Shown: piece by piece, positions 44,477-54,073 of the stretch | Position numbering within the stretch: position 1 is the first letter of the stretch | Layout: each line of letters begins with the position of its first letter | Source: an uncultured Acidobacteriota bacterium | GTDB lineage: Bacteria; Acidobacteriota; Thermoanaerobaculia; UBA5066; Gp7-AA6 | DNA: 64,000 bases | Direction of reading: 5' to 3' | NCBI GenBank assembly: GCA_963823185.1 | Contig: CAWGKP010000006.1 | Span: forward strand, 215,113 to 279,112 | Position numbers and translations under genes: made by a program | Notes under the pieces: model-generated | The model's input: the letters and a program-made list of their open reading frames with translations, nothing else | Told to the model about the DNA's origin: nothing | Databases searched by the model: none

Positions 44477-46757
44477 GTGAGACGACTCGCCGCGGCGCTC
44501 TCCGCCGTCCTGTCCGCGGGCGCCGCCGCGGCGCAGCCGCAGCCGTCAGTCCCGCCGCCCCTGCGCGTGCCCGTCGCCTCGGGACCGATCACGATCGATG
44601 GCCGCCTCTCGGAGGACGCGTGGAAGAGCGCCGCCGTGATCGACGAGTTCTGGGAGACCAATCCCGGCGACAACACGCCGCCGAAGGTCAAGACCGTGGC
44701 CTACCTGGCCTACGACGACCGTTTCCTCTACATCGGCCTGCGCTGCGACGATCCCGAGCCCGACAAGATCCGCGCGCCGTTCGTCGAGCGCGACCAGGTG
44801 CTCGGGACCGACGACAACGTCGCGGTCTTCATCGACACGCGCAACGACCGCCGCTCGGCGATGGAGTTCCGGGTCAACCCGCGCGGCATCCAGGGCGACG
44901 CGATGTTCAACGACGCGAACGGCAACGAAAACCTCTCGCCCGATTTCTTCTACGACACGGCGGCGGAGATCGGGCCGCAGGGCTGGACGGCCGAGATGCG
45001 CATTCCGCTCTCGACGCTGCGGTACAAGAAGACGGATTCGCAGAAGATGGGGATCATCATCTGGCGCAACTATCCCCGCGACTATCGGTACGCCATCTAC
45101 TCCAGCCCGCAGCCGCGCGGATCCAACTGTCTGATCTGCTTCTCGCGCGAGCTGACGGGGTTCGAGAACCTCCCGTCGGGACAGCACTTCGTGATCGCGC
45201 CGTACGTCTCGGCGAAGGAGGATGGCGCGCCGCGTGATCCGGCGGATCCCGACTCCGCCTTCTTCAACCAGCCGGTCGAGCCCAATGGCGGCGGCGACAT
45301 CAAGTGGATCCCGAATCCCGACACGGCCGTGGACGCGACGATCAACCCGGACTTCTCGCAGGTCGAGTCGGACACGGCGCAGATCGCCGTGAACCAGCGG
45401 TTCGCGCTCCTCTTTCCCGAGAAACGTCCGTTCTTCCTCGAGGGCGTCGACCTGTTCGACACGCCGATCTCGGCCGTGTACACCCGCACGATCACGGACC
45501 CGAGCTGGGGGCTGCGCGGCACCGGCAAGATCGACTCCTCGAGCTACACGGTCCTCGTCGCGGAGGACCGCGGCGGCGGCACGGTGGTCCTGCCCGGGCC
45601 GGAGTTCTCGACCTCCGCGCCGCAGGACTTCCATTCGTTCGTCGCGATCGGCCGGCTGCGGCACGACTTCGGGACTTCGTTCGGCGGGCTCCTGCTGACC
45701 GACCGCGAGATTTCGGGCGGCGGGCACAATCGCCTGTTCGGTCCCGACTTTCAGTGGGCGATCGGGACCGACGACCGCATCACGGCGCAGTACCTCTACA
45801 CCGACTCCCAGGAGCCGAACCGGCCCGATCTCTCGCCGGCTTTCAACGGAGAGCATCTCTCGGGCCACGGCCTCTTCGCTCGACTGGACGCACACGAACC
45901 TCACGACTTTCTTCGAGGCGACTTACAAGGACTTCTCCGACGGCTTCCGCGCGGACGACGGCTTCGTGCCCCAGGTGGGATATCGGGAGGGGATACTGAG
46001 CCTGGGCCGGCCGTTCTATCCGACGACCGGGCTCTTCAGCTACCTGCGGCCCCACGTGGGAGTGGACTACCAGGAGGACCGCGAGGACCAGATGATCTTC
46101 CGGAGGATCTCTTCCGGGCTCGACTTCCTCGGGAAGAAGAACCTGGCGGGCTACGTCCACGCGAACCTCGACACGGTCCGCGTGTCCGGAAAGCTTCTGT
46201 CCGCGGACTACGCCACTTTCCAGATCCAGGTCGATCCCTCGCGGCGTTTCACGCGGATCACCCTGACCGGCTCGGCCGGCCAGCAGATCGACTTCGACAA
46301 CGCGCGGGAGGGGCACGGCGCCGACGTCGCGCTGACCCTGACGCTCCATCCGACGGACCATCTCGAGGTGATCGCGCTCGGCGAGCGCAGCTGGCTCGAC
46401 GTGCCGCCGACACCCGGCGCCGACGCGCAGCGCCTCTTCACGGCGTGGATCGGCCGGCTCAAGGCCACGTACGTCTTCGATGCGCGCCTGTCGCTGCGCT
46501 TGATCGGACAGTGGGTCGAGACGCAGCGCGATCCCTCGCTCTACACGTTCCCCGTGCCGGCGCGTGACGGCCGGTTCGACGGCTCGGTGCTCTTCTCCTA
46601 CAAGGTCAACTGGCAGACCGTGGCATACCTCGGCTACGGCGACAGTCACGCGCTCTTTCCCGAGGGCGACATCGTGCCGGTGCCCCCGACTTCGTTCCGT
46701 CTCGCGCCACTCTCGCGGCAGTTCTTCCTCAAGATCTCGTACGCGTTCCAGCGTTAG
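44477..46757 (+). pseudogene. tandem paralogue of the CBM9/DUF5916 outer-membrane protein with one frame break near 45865..45885
   Basis: Track ORF 44477..46567 is collinear with 42188..44416 up to ...DLSPAFNGEHLSGHG, then turns into Arg-rich nonsense. The sequence resumes in another frame (SSLDWTHTNLTTFFEATYKDFSDGFRADDGFVPQVGYREG..., track ORF 45966..46757) and ends FFLKISYAFQR. Confidence 0.75.
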
Positions 46758-46761
46758 TATT

Positions 46762-46780
46762 TCCTCCGATTTCGGGAGGA
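46762..46780 (+). promoter_or_regulatory. hairpin that pairs the Shine-Dalgarno of the M1 peptidase gene
   Basis: TCCTCC-GATTTCG-GGAGGA. The 3' arm GGAGGA lies 3 nt upstream of ATG 46784. Confidence 0.4.
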
Positions 46781-46783
46781 CAC

Positions 46784-49291
46784 ATGCGACGCGTCATTCT
46801 CGGGGCGCTCCTCGTCTGCGCGGGCCTCGCGCCGTGTCTGTCGGCGCAGGTCCTGCCCGGCCACCGGGTTCCGGACGGGCCGGAGCGCGCCGTGCGCGAG
46901 CGCGACTTCCGCGTCGAGAGCTACAAGGCGGAGCTCGCCTTCGACATGGAGCACGAGAAGATCTCGGGAACCGTCACCCTCGGCGTCGACTCGCTGCGGT
47001 CGCCGCTGACGACGCTCTCGCTCGACGCGGCGGATCTCGTCGTCTCCCGCGCGGAGCGGGACGGCAAACCGGCGAAGTTCACGACGGATTCGAAGGCCTG
47101 GAAGCTCGACGTCGCGTTGGATCCGCCGCTGTCCGCGGGAGCGAAGGCCAGCGTCGCGATCACGTATACCGTGTCGCCGCGCGTCGGCATGTACTTCTTC
47201 CCGCCGGCCGGCGGACGCCCGGCGCAGGCCTGGAACTACGGGGAAGGAGGCCTGCACAACGGCTGGCTGCCGCTCTACAACGGCGAAAACGAGCGCTTTC
47301 CCGTCGAGTGGCTCGTCACGGTCCCGAAGGGCTTCTCCGCCGTCGCCAACGGCAAGCTCGAGTCGGTGCGCGAGAACGCCGGCGGCACGCGCACCTTTCA
47401 CTGGATCCAGGAGAAGCCGATCCCGGCGTATCTGCTGACCGTGGACGTCGGCGACTTCGTCGCGGTGCCGCTCGATTCCGCCCGCGTGGGGACGGCGACC
47501 GTGCCGCTCTCCGCCTGGACGCCGCCCGGTACCGAAAACGCGGCGCGCCACTCCTTCGGCAATACGGCGCGGATGATCGAGTTCTTCTCCGAGACGATGC
47601 GCTACCCGTATCCGTGGGTGAAGTACGACTCCGTCGCGCTGCGCGAGTTCGCCGTGGGCGCCATGGAGACGACGACGGCGACCGGCTTCGGCGAATCGCA
47701 CCTGCACGTTGACGGGGACCCGCCCGACTCGGCGCCGGACTACGAGAAGCCCTACCCGATCTGGACGTACGAGGACACGATCGCGCACGAGCTCGCGCAC
47801 CACTGGTTCGGCGATCTCGTGACTTGCCGCTCGCTCTCTTCGATCTGGCTGAACGAGTCCTTCGCGTCCTACTGGCACACCGTGTGGAACGGCCACGCGC
47901 ACGGCCAGGACGACTTGACGTACCAGCGGTGGCGGTATCTGAACGACTACCTCGACTACGTGCGGCAGACCGGCGAGGTCCGGCCGATGGAGTCGTACCG
48001 GTGGAAGGAGCCCGCGCAGATGTACCAGTCGCAGTTGACGTACATCAAGGGCTCGCTCGTGCTCCACATGCTGCGCCACTTCGTGGGAGACGACACGTTC
48101 TATGGCGCGCTCGCCTGGTATCTCCGGCACAACGAGCTGTCCAGCGTCGATTCGAACGACCTGCGCGAGGCGTTCGAGCGCGCCGGAGGGCGCAACGTCT
48201 CCTGGTTCTTCCAGGACTGGATCCAGAAGGGCGGCGGCCACCCGCGCTTCGACGTGTCCTATGTCTGGTCCGCCGACCGCAAGCAGGTCGATCTGACGGT
48301 GCGTCAGATCCAGGCAGACCTGCCCTTCGAGAACGATTTCCGGCTGCCGGTCGAGATCGAGATCGCGGACGAATCGGGCGCGAAGGTCCATCGCGTCGAG
48401 CTCTCGGGCTGGGAGACGAAGGTCGCGCTTCCGGCGCCGTCGCGTCCGCGCCGCGTGACGTTCGACAAGGGCGGCTGGCTCGTCAGCGAGGTGAAGTACG
48501 ACCGCCCCATCGACGAGGTCCTGGACGAGCTGCGCGGCGGCGACCTCGCGGCCCGCCTGCGCGCGGCGCGGCAGCTCGCGGACGACTTCCCGCGGGATCC
48601 GCGGGCGCAATCGGCTCTGGCGTCGGTCCTCGCGGACGCGGGCGCATTCTGGGGACTGCGCCAGGAGGCCGCGATGGATCTCGGCGCGGCGGGCGGCGAG
48701 TCCGCGGCGCGGGCGCTGGAGAAGGCGATCGGAGATTCCGACCGGCGCGTGCGGCGCGCGGCGGCGCTGGCGCTCGGCGCGTGCGGGTCCGCGTCGTCGG
48801 CGGCGGTGCTGCGCCGGACGGTCGAGACGGACGCCGCCGAGGACGTGGTCGCGGCGGCGGAGATCTCGCTCGGGAGGCTGCGCGCCTCGGGGGCGAAGGA
48901 GTTTCTGACGAAGCAGCTGTCCCGCGACTCGCGCTACTGGGACTCGATCCGGGTCGGCGCGTTAATCGGCCTCGGGAAACTGCAGGACGCCTCGCTCGCC
49001 GCGACGTTCGATTCCTGGACCGACCCGAAGCACCGCCAGGACGTGCGCGCCGCCGCGCTCGAGGCCTGGGAGGCGTCGTCGCCCGGGGATCCACGCCTCG
49101 CCGAACGGTTGCGACAGTTCACGTCGGACCGGAACCGCCAGATCCGCGAGGACGCCATCAAGAAGCTCGCGACCCTCCACAGCGAGAGCGATCTCGGGCT
49201 CCTCAAGAAGCTGTCGGAGGATCCGGATCCTTCCGTGTCCGAGTTCGCGAAGGAGGGGATCGAAGAGATCGAGGCGTTCGTCAAGCGGTAG
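46784..49291 (+). CDS. M1-family aminopeptidase with C-terminal HEAT-repeat region
   Basis: 835 aa. Signal peptide, GAMET exopeptidase motif, HELAHHWFGD...WLNESFASY (HEXXH-18-E), and C-terminal repeats (DSDRRVRRAAALALG..., DRNRQIREDAIKKLA..., DPDPSVSEFAKEGI). Confidence 0.9.
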   Translation: MRRVILGALLVCAGLAPCLSAQVLPGHRVPDGPERAVRERDFRVESYKAELAFDMEHEKISGTVTLGVDSLRSPLTTLSLDAADLVVSRAERDGKPAKFTTDSKAWKLDVALDPPLSAGAKASVAITYTVSPRVGMYFFPPAGGRPAQAWNYGEGGLHNGWLPLYNGENERFPVEWLVTVPKGFSAVANGKLESVRENAGGTRTFHWIQEKPIPAYLLTVDVGDFVAVPLDSARVGTATVPLSAWTPPGTENAARHSFGNTARMIEFFSETMRYPYPWVKYDSVALREFAVGAMETTTATGFGESHLHVDGDPPDSAPDYEKPYPIWTYEDTIAHELAHHWFGDLVTCRSLSSIWLNESFASYWHTVWNGHAHGQDDLTYQRWRYLNDYLDYVRQTGEVRPMESYRWKEPAQMYQSQLTYIKGSLVLHMLRHFVGDDTFYGALAWYLRHNELSSVDSNDLREAFERAGGRNVSWFFQDWIQKGGGHPRFDVSYVWSADRKQVDLTVRQIQADLPFENDFRLPVEIEIADESGAKVHRVELSGWETKVALPAPSRPRRVTFDKGGWLVSEVKYDRPIDEVLDELRGGDLAARLRAARQLADDFPRDPRAQSALASVLADAGAFWGLRQEAAMDLGAAGGESAARALEKAIGDSDRRVRRAAALALGACGSASSAAVLRRTVETDAAEDVVAAAEISLGRLRASGAKEFLTKQLSRDSRYWDSIRVGALIGLGKLQDASLAATFDSWTDPKHRQDVRAAALEAWEASSPGDPRLAERLRQFTSDRNRQIREDAIKKLATLHSESDLGLLKKLSEDPDPSVSEFAKEGIEEIEAFVKR

Positions 49292-49316
49292 CGGCGGGGT
49301 TCGTCCTCTCGCATGC

Positions 49317-49341
49317 GGGCGGCCGCAAGGGCCGCCCCTAC
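49317..49341. repeat. REP-like hairpin GGGCGGCC-GCAAG-GGCCGCCC-CTAC
   Basis: Identical 25-mer to 39200..39224. Lies 6 nt from the end of repeat copy A. Confidence 0.85.
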
Positions 49342-49347
49342 GCGACT

Positions 49348-49570
49348 CCGTCGCCTTCGCTTCGTCGCGTTGCGATCGGAATGAACTCCCGAGGCCGGAT
49401 CCATCCTCGCTCGCGGCGCGAGGAGTCTCCGCGAAGTAACCGAGCGGAGGAGCCTCGCGCCGCGGGAGTGAGCGCCGAGAGAGGAATCAGGCGGACGGTC
49501 GAGCCCCTTTGGGCGAGCCGGTCGCCGGTGCGCCGCAGGAGCAGATTCCGAACGAGAGCGCGAGCGACGG
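49348..49570 (-). repeat. 223-bp intergenic repeat with CCGTCG...CGACGG termini (MITE-like), copy A
   Basis: Abuts the stop codon (49571..49573) of the minus-strand ABC ATPase gene with 0-nt gap. Arms CCGTCGCTCGCGCTCTCGTTCGGAAT and CCGTCGCCTTCGCTTCGTCGCGTTGCGATCGGAAT are inverted. Core 49484..49520 is nearly identical to 60459..60495. Confidence 0.75.
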
Positions 49571-50290
49571 CTACGCTGCGACTTCCCCGTCCTTGATGAT
49601 CCGGCCGTCGCGCACCTCGACGACGCGCCCGGCGCGCCGCGCCAGGGTCATGTCGTGCGTGATCACGACGAGGGTGCGTCCCTGCTGCCAGAGCTCGGTG
49701 AAGAGCCCCATGACGTCGCCGCCCGAGGAGGTGTCCAGGTTTCCCGTCGGCTCGTCGGCGAGCAGGATGTCCGGGTTCATCGCCAGCGCCCGGGCGATCG
49801 CGACGCGCTGCATCTGTCCGCCGGAGAGCTCCGTCGGCTTGTGGTCCATGCGGTCCGCCAGCCCGACCTTGGTCAGCAGCTCCTCGACGCGCTCCTTGCG
49901 CTTCTTCGGCGGCACGCCGCCGAAGAGGAGCGGCATCTCGACGTTCTCGTACGCCGAGATCTGCGGCAGCAGATTGAAGTTCTGAAACACGAATCCGACG
50001 CGCCGATTCCGGATGTCCGCGAGGTCGTCGCGCGAGAGGCCGGAGACGTCCTCGCCGGCGAGATGGTAGGTGCCGTCGCTCGGCGTGTCGAGACAGCCGA
50101 TCAGGTTCATCAGCGTCGACTTGCCGGAGCCCGAGGGTCCGACGATCGCCAAGAACTCGCCGGCCGCGACGGAGAGGTCGATGCCCTTCAGCGCCTCGAC
50201 CCGGACCTTCCCGGTGTCGTAGATCTTCCGGATCCGGTCCATGGCGATGACGGGGCCGTCGGCCGCAGGCATGGCTCTCTCCTTACTCAT
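49571..50290 (-). CDS. ABC transporter ATP-binding protein (MacB/LolD type)
   Basis: GPSGSGKST, FQNFNLLP, LSGGQMQRVAIARAL, LLADEPTGNLD, ITHD. ATG 50272 is an alternative start. Confidence 0.9.
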   Translation of the reverse strand: MSKERAMPAADGPVIAMDRIRKIYDTGKVRVEALKGIDLSVAAGEFLAIVGPSGSGKSTLMNLIGCLDTPSDGTYHLAGEDVSGLSRDDLADIRNRRVGFVFQNFNLLPQISAYENVEMPLLFGGVPPKKRKERVEELLTKVGLADRMDHKPTELSGGQMQRVAIARALAMNPDILLADEPTGNLDTSSGGDVMGLFTELWQQGRTLVVITHDMTLARRAGRVVEVRDGRIIKDGEVAA

Positions 50291-51542
50291 AACGCAGGGT
50301 GGACGCCGGGTCGATCGACGCGGCGCGGCGCGCGGGGAAGTACCCGGCGAGCAGTCCCGCCGTGCCGAGGATCGCGACGGTGGCGGCGCCGATCGGCCAC
50401 GACAGGGTCGGCTTGCCGAGGAACTCGAGCACGTCGTTGCCTTCCGACGGGATCAGCCCCAGCAGCGTCACGATGACGATCGAGATGAGGGCTCCGAAAA
50501 GGCCGCCCACGAGCGTGTAGACGAGGCCCTCCAGGATGAAGGGCCCGGTGATCCAGCGGCGTCGCGCGCCCATGGCCATCTTGACGCCGATCTCCTTCGT
50601 GCGCTCCTTGACGACGGCGTACATGATGTTGGCCACGCCGACGCCGCCGATGATGAGGGTCAGCGCTCCAATGATGCCGAAGAAGAGCTCGAGGCCGAGG
50701 AGGATCTTCGCGCCCATCTTCTGCCCCTCGACCGTGTTCCAGACTCCGAACACGCGCGTGTCCTCCGGGTCGTAGCCGAGGCGCGGCCCGAGCACCTGGT
50801 TGAGCCGCACGAGCGCGTCGTCCATCTCGTCGGGCTTCTTGACGCGGATCACGAGCACGTTCAACTGGTCTTTTCCGAAGATGGCCTTGAAGGTCGTTTC
50901 CGGAATGATCGCGTGCTGGGCGTCGGGCCCGCCGTAGGTCGAAGACTGCCGCTTGCGCTGCATGACGCCAATGACCGTGAACGGCGAGTTGTTGATCGCG
51001 ACGGTCTTGCCGACCGGGTCTTCCTCGCCGAAGAGCTGCTTGGCGAGCTCGTTGCCGAGGAAGACGACGCGGCGCTTGTCCTCCTCGTCGTTGGGATCGA
51101 GGAAACGGCCCCCGGGCTTGGGAAAGTGCTTGCGCGGCTCGCCGTAGACCGGGTTCGTTCCGATGACGCGCCCGTTGACCGTCTTGCGGCCGTAGGCTAG
51201 CGCCGTGCGCCAGGAGGTCAGCTCGCCCCAGGCCGCGTCGAGGTCGGGCATGCGTGCGCGGACATAGTCCACGTCGTCGAGGTGCGGGCGGATCGGCCGG
51301 CCCTCCGCGAGGCCCTTGTACGGCTTCGACGTCTCGCCGGGCCAGAGGATCGCGAGATTCGATCCCATGGCCTGCTCGTTCGACTGCATCTGCCGCTTCA
51401 GGCCTTCGCCGAACGCGAGCAGCAGGAGGATCGTGACCGTGCCCCAGGCGAGCGAAGCGATCGTCAGCGTCGCGCGCTTCTTCTGCAGCCGCGCGGAGAG
51501 GAAGAAGAGCTGCAGGACGAGCTTGACGTCGTGGCGGCTCAT
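50283..51542 (-). CDS. ABC transporter permease, MacB/FtsX family
   Basis: C-terminal part of track ORF 50283..52739(-), from MSRHDVKLVLQLFFLSARLQKKRATLTIASLAWG..., ending ...YFPARRAASIDPASTLRYE. ATGA overlaps the upstream permease. Confidence 0.85.
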   Translation of the reverse strand: MSRHDVKLVLQLFFLSARLQKKRATLTIASLAWGTVTILLLLAFGEGLKRQMQSNEQAMGSNLAILWPGETSKPYKGLAEGRPIRPHLDDVDYVRARMPDLDAAWGELTSWRTALAYGRKTVNGRVIGTNPVYGEPRKHFPKPGGRFLDPNDEEDKRRVVFLGNELAKQLFGEEDPVGKTVAINNSPFTVIGVMQRKRQSSTYGGPDAQHAIIPETTFKAIFGKDQLNVLVIRVKKPDEMDDALVRLNQVLGPRLGYDPEDTRVFGVWNTVEGQKMGAKILLGLELFFGIIGALTLIIGGVGVANIMYAVVKERTKEIGVKMAMGARRRWITGPFILEGLVYTLVGGLFGALISIVIVTLLGLIPSEGNDVLEFLGKPTLSWPIGAATVAILGTAGLLAGYFPARRAASIDPASTLRYE

Positions 51543-52771
51543 AGCTTCATCGCCACCACGGGATCGAGGCGCGAGGCTTCCTTCGCCGGGAAGTAGCCGG
51601 CGGTCAGGCCCGTCAGGCCCAGAATTGCCGCCGTGACCGCGGCGACGGCGAGCGAGACGTTCGGATCGCCGACGTACTCGGTCACGCCGAACTTGGGGAA
51701 GACCCAGCAAACGGAGAGCGAGATCGCGAAGCCGATCGCGCCGCCGACGCCGGTGATGAGCATCGTCTCCATCAGGAACTGGCGCAGGATCGCCTTCGCG
51801 CGCGCGCCGAGCGCCATCTTGATGCCGACCTCGCGGGTCCGCTCCTCGACGACGACGTTCATGATGTTCGAGACGCCGATGCCTCCGACGATGAGCGTGA
51901 ACGAGCCGATGATCCCGAGGAAGAGCCGGAACGACAGGAAGAAGATCTCGAAGAAGGCGAACTCCTCCGTCGTATCCCAGACGGACAGCGCTTCTTTGTC
52001 GTCGGGGTCGAACCGCTGGCGCCGGCTCAGGATCTCGCGCAGGCTCGCGGTGACCTGCTTGCTCTCGTGCGGAATCGTCGGCTGATAGATGAAATTGTCG
52101 ACCCACTTCTCGCCCGTCAGCGCCCGGAAGGTCGAGCCCGGGATGAAGATCTTCCCGTTGTCGCGGCCGCTGTAGCTCGACTGCTGGATCTTCTTCTCCA
52201 TCACGCCGACGATCAGAAACGGCGACCCGCCGAGCAGCACGGTCTTGCCCACGGGGTCCGTCTTTCCGAAGACGTCGTCGGCGAGCTTGTTGCCGATGAA
52301 GAGCACCCGACGCTCGAGTGCCACGTCGTTGGGGTTGAGGAAACGTCCGCCCGGGTGGGGGTTGATGTTGCGCATCGCGCCGAACTCGGGCGAAACGCCG
52401 GAGACGTCCACGGCGACCGTCTTGGTGCCGTAGTTCAGCTTCAGCGTCTTCGAGTATTCGCTCGAGATCGCGTTGAGGCCGCGCGCCTGCTCGCGGATCG
52501 CCTGGATGTCTTCCTCGTTCAACCGGATCTTGCGCCCCTTGCCGAGCCCGTCGAACGGGATCGAGGTCAGTCCGGGCCAGGCGATGCAGATCTGGTCGCC
52601 GATGCCCGCGGTGTTGATCGTCATCTGCCGCTGCAGGCCGCGCCCGAATGCGAGGAGCAGCGTGACGGCGACCGTTCCCCAGACGATGCCGAAGATCGTC
52701 AGGAACGTGCGCAGCTTCTGGCCGCGCATGTCCCGCCACATCTGCCGCAGAGCGTCCTGAAACGTCGCCAT
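51539..52771 (-). CDS. ABC transporter permease, MacB/FtsX family
   Basis: 410 aa, from MATFQDALRQMWRDMRGQKLRTFLTIFGIVWG... to ...VVEERTREVGIKMALGA...YFPAKEASRLDPVVAMKL. Confidence 0.9.
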   Translation of the reverse strand: MATFQDALRQMWRDMRGQKLRTFLTIFGIVWGTVAVTLLLAFGRGLQRQMTINTAGIGDQICIAWPGLTSIPFDGLGKGRKIRLNEEDIQAIREQARGLNAISSEYSKTLKLNYGTKTVAVDVSGVSPEFGAMRNINPHPGGRFLNPNDVALERRVLFIGNKLADDVFGKTDPVGKTVLLGGSPFLIVGVMEKKIQQSSYSGRDNGKIFIPGSTFRALTGEKWVDNFIYQPTIPHESKQVTASLREILSRRQRFDPDDKEALSVWDTTEEFAFFEIFFLSFRLFLGIIGSFTLIVGGIGVSNIMNVVVEERTREVGIKMALGARAKAILRQFLMETMLITGVGGAIGFAISLSVCWVFPKFGVTEYVGDPNVSLAVAAVTAAILGLTGLTAGYFPAKEASRLDPVVAMKL

Positions 52772-52787
52772 CGGAGGTCGGCTCGGC

Positions 52788-53906
52788 TCAGTCGACGGCG
52801 GAGGTGATCTTCTTGGGGGGTCGCTCGAGCACTTTGGCGCCCGGCTCGAGCCCGGCGACGACCTCGGCGTTCAGGCCGTCGGAGATGCCGAGCTTGATCT
52901 CGGTCTTCTTGGGCGGCTCCTTGGGCTTCGCAGGCGGGAGCTCGACGAACGTCTTCTTTCCGCCGTCCTCGAAGATCACGACGCGCTCGGGCACCGTGAG
53001 CACGTCCTTCTTCTCGCGGATGATGAGGTCCGCGTTGGCCGAGTAGCCGGCCCTCAGCGTGAGCCGGTTCGACGGATCGAGCTCGATCTCGACGTCGAAG
53101 AGCGTCGCGCCGTCCTTCTGCTGGGCCTGCGGTGCGATCCGCGAAACGCGGCCCGTCACGACGTCCGAGGGCATCGCGCCGACCTTGATGCGGGCGGGCA
53201 GATCCACCTTGAGCTTGCCGACGTCGATCTCGTCCACCGTGCCTTTGAAGATCAGGTCGGTCATGTCGGCGATCGTTGCGAGCTCGGTGCCGGGCTGGTA
53301 GGAAGTCAGCGGGGTGATGGGATCTCCCGGGTTGACCGCGCGGGTCAGGATCGTTCCGGCGGCCGGGGACTTGATGTTGGACTCGATCGTGATGTCGGCC
53401 GTGTCGATTCGCCCCTTGCGCGTCAGGTCCCGGTCCTGTTCGGCCCGCGCGACCGCGATCTTCGCGAGCTCGAAGGCCTCGCGTTTGGAGTCGAGGTCGG
53501 AAGTCGGGAGGACGCCCGTCTTCGAAAGTTCCACGGCGCGCTCGTAATCCGCCTTGGCGCGCTGGAAGGAGGCGTGCGCGGAGTCGAGCTGTCGATCGAC
53601 ATCCGTCAGCTCCTGCGGCGTCGGGTCGGGGGCGATCTCGAAGAGCGTCTGTCCGGGCTGGACCCGATCTCCCACCTGGACGAGGCAGCGGTGCACGATG
53701 CCGGAGATCTTCGACTTGACCGAGAACTTCTGCCGGGGCTGGATCTGGCCGACGGCAATCGCCTTCTCGGTCACGGCGCCCTTCTCGACGGTCACCATCT
53801 TGGGGCCGTCCTTGTCGCCCTTGCCGGCCCGCGCCCAGGCGTAGAGCCCCGCGGCCGCGGCCACGAGAATCAGCAGCAGAAACAGGGTTTTGAAGAGCTT
53901 GCGCAT
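52788..53906 (-). CDS. efflux transporter periplasmic adaptor subunit (HlyD/MacA family)
   Basis: 372 aa. Signal anchor, lipoyl-like region (GIVHRCLVQVGDRVQPGQTLFEI), coiled coil, beta-barrel. Confidence 0.9.
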   Translation of the reverse strand: MRKLFKTLFLLLILVAAAAGLYAWARAGKGDKDGPKMVTVEKGAVTEKAIAVGQIQPRQKFSVKSKISGIVHRCLVQVGDRVQPGQTLFEIAPDPTPQELTDVDRQLDSAHASFQRAKADYERAVELSKTGVLPTSDLDSKREAFELAKIAVARAEQDRDLTRKGRIDTADITIESNIKSPAAGTILTRAVNPGDPITPLTSYQPGTELATIADMTDLIFKGTVDEIDVGKLKVDLPARIKVGAMPSDVVTGRVSRIAPQAQQKDGATLFDVEIELDPSNRLTLRAGYSANADLIIREKKDVLTVPERVVIFEDGGKKTFVELPPAKPKEPPKKTEIKLGISDGLNAEVVAGLEPGAKVLERPPKKITSAVD

Positions 53907-54073
53907 GGAGCCGACCCCTTCCCCTTCGACCTTCCTCGATGCGGTGGCGGACGACGATGAGACGTACCGCCTGCCTATGAGTTACGCACGTGCTCCGTGG
54001 AAGTTCCGCGCGATCGGAGGCCCGCCGCGACGGGTCCGAGCGGCCGTCGGGGTAAGCTTTCCAGGCACTTGCG

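Noticed and set aside
49484-49520. Small peptide encoded by the conserved repeat core (…EPLWAS… in track ORFs 47824..49596 and 59879..60550)
   Set aside because: The third copy (6604..6641) has an indel in the core that would shift the frame. No start codon or RBS is conserved. Conservation is better explained at the nucleotide or structure level.
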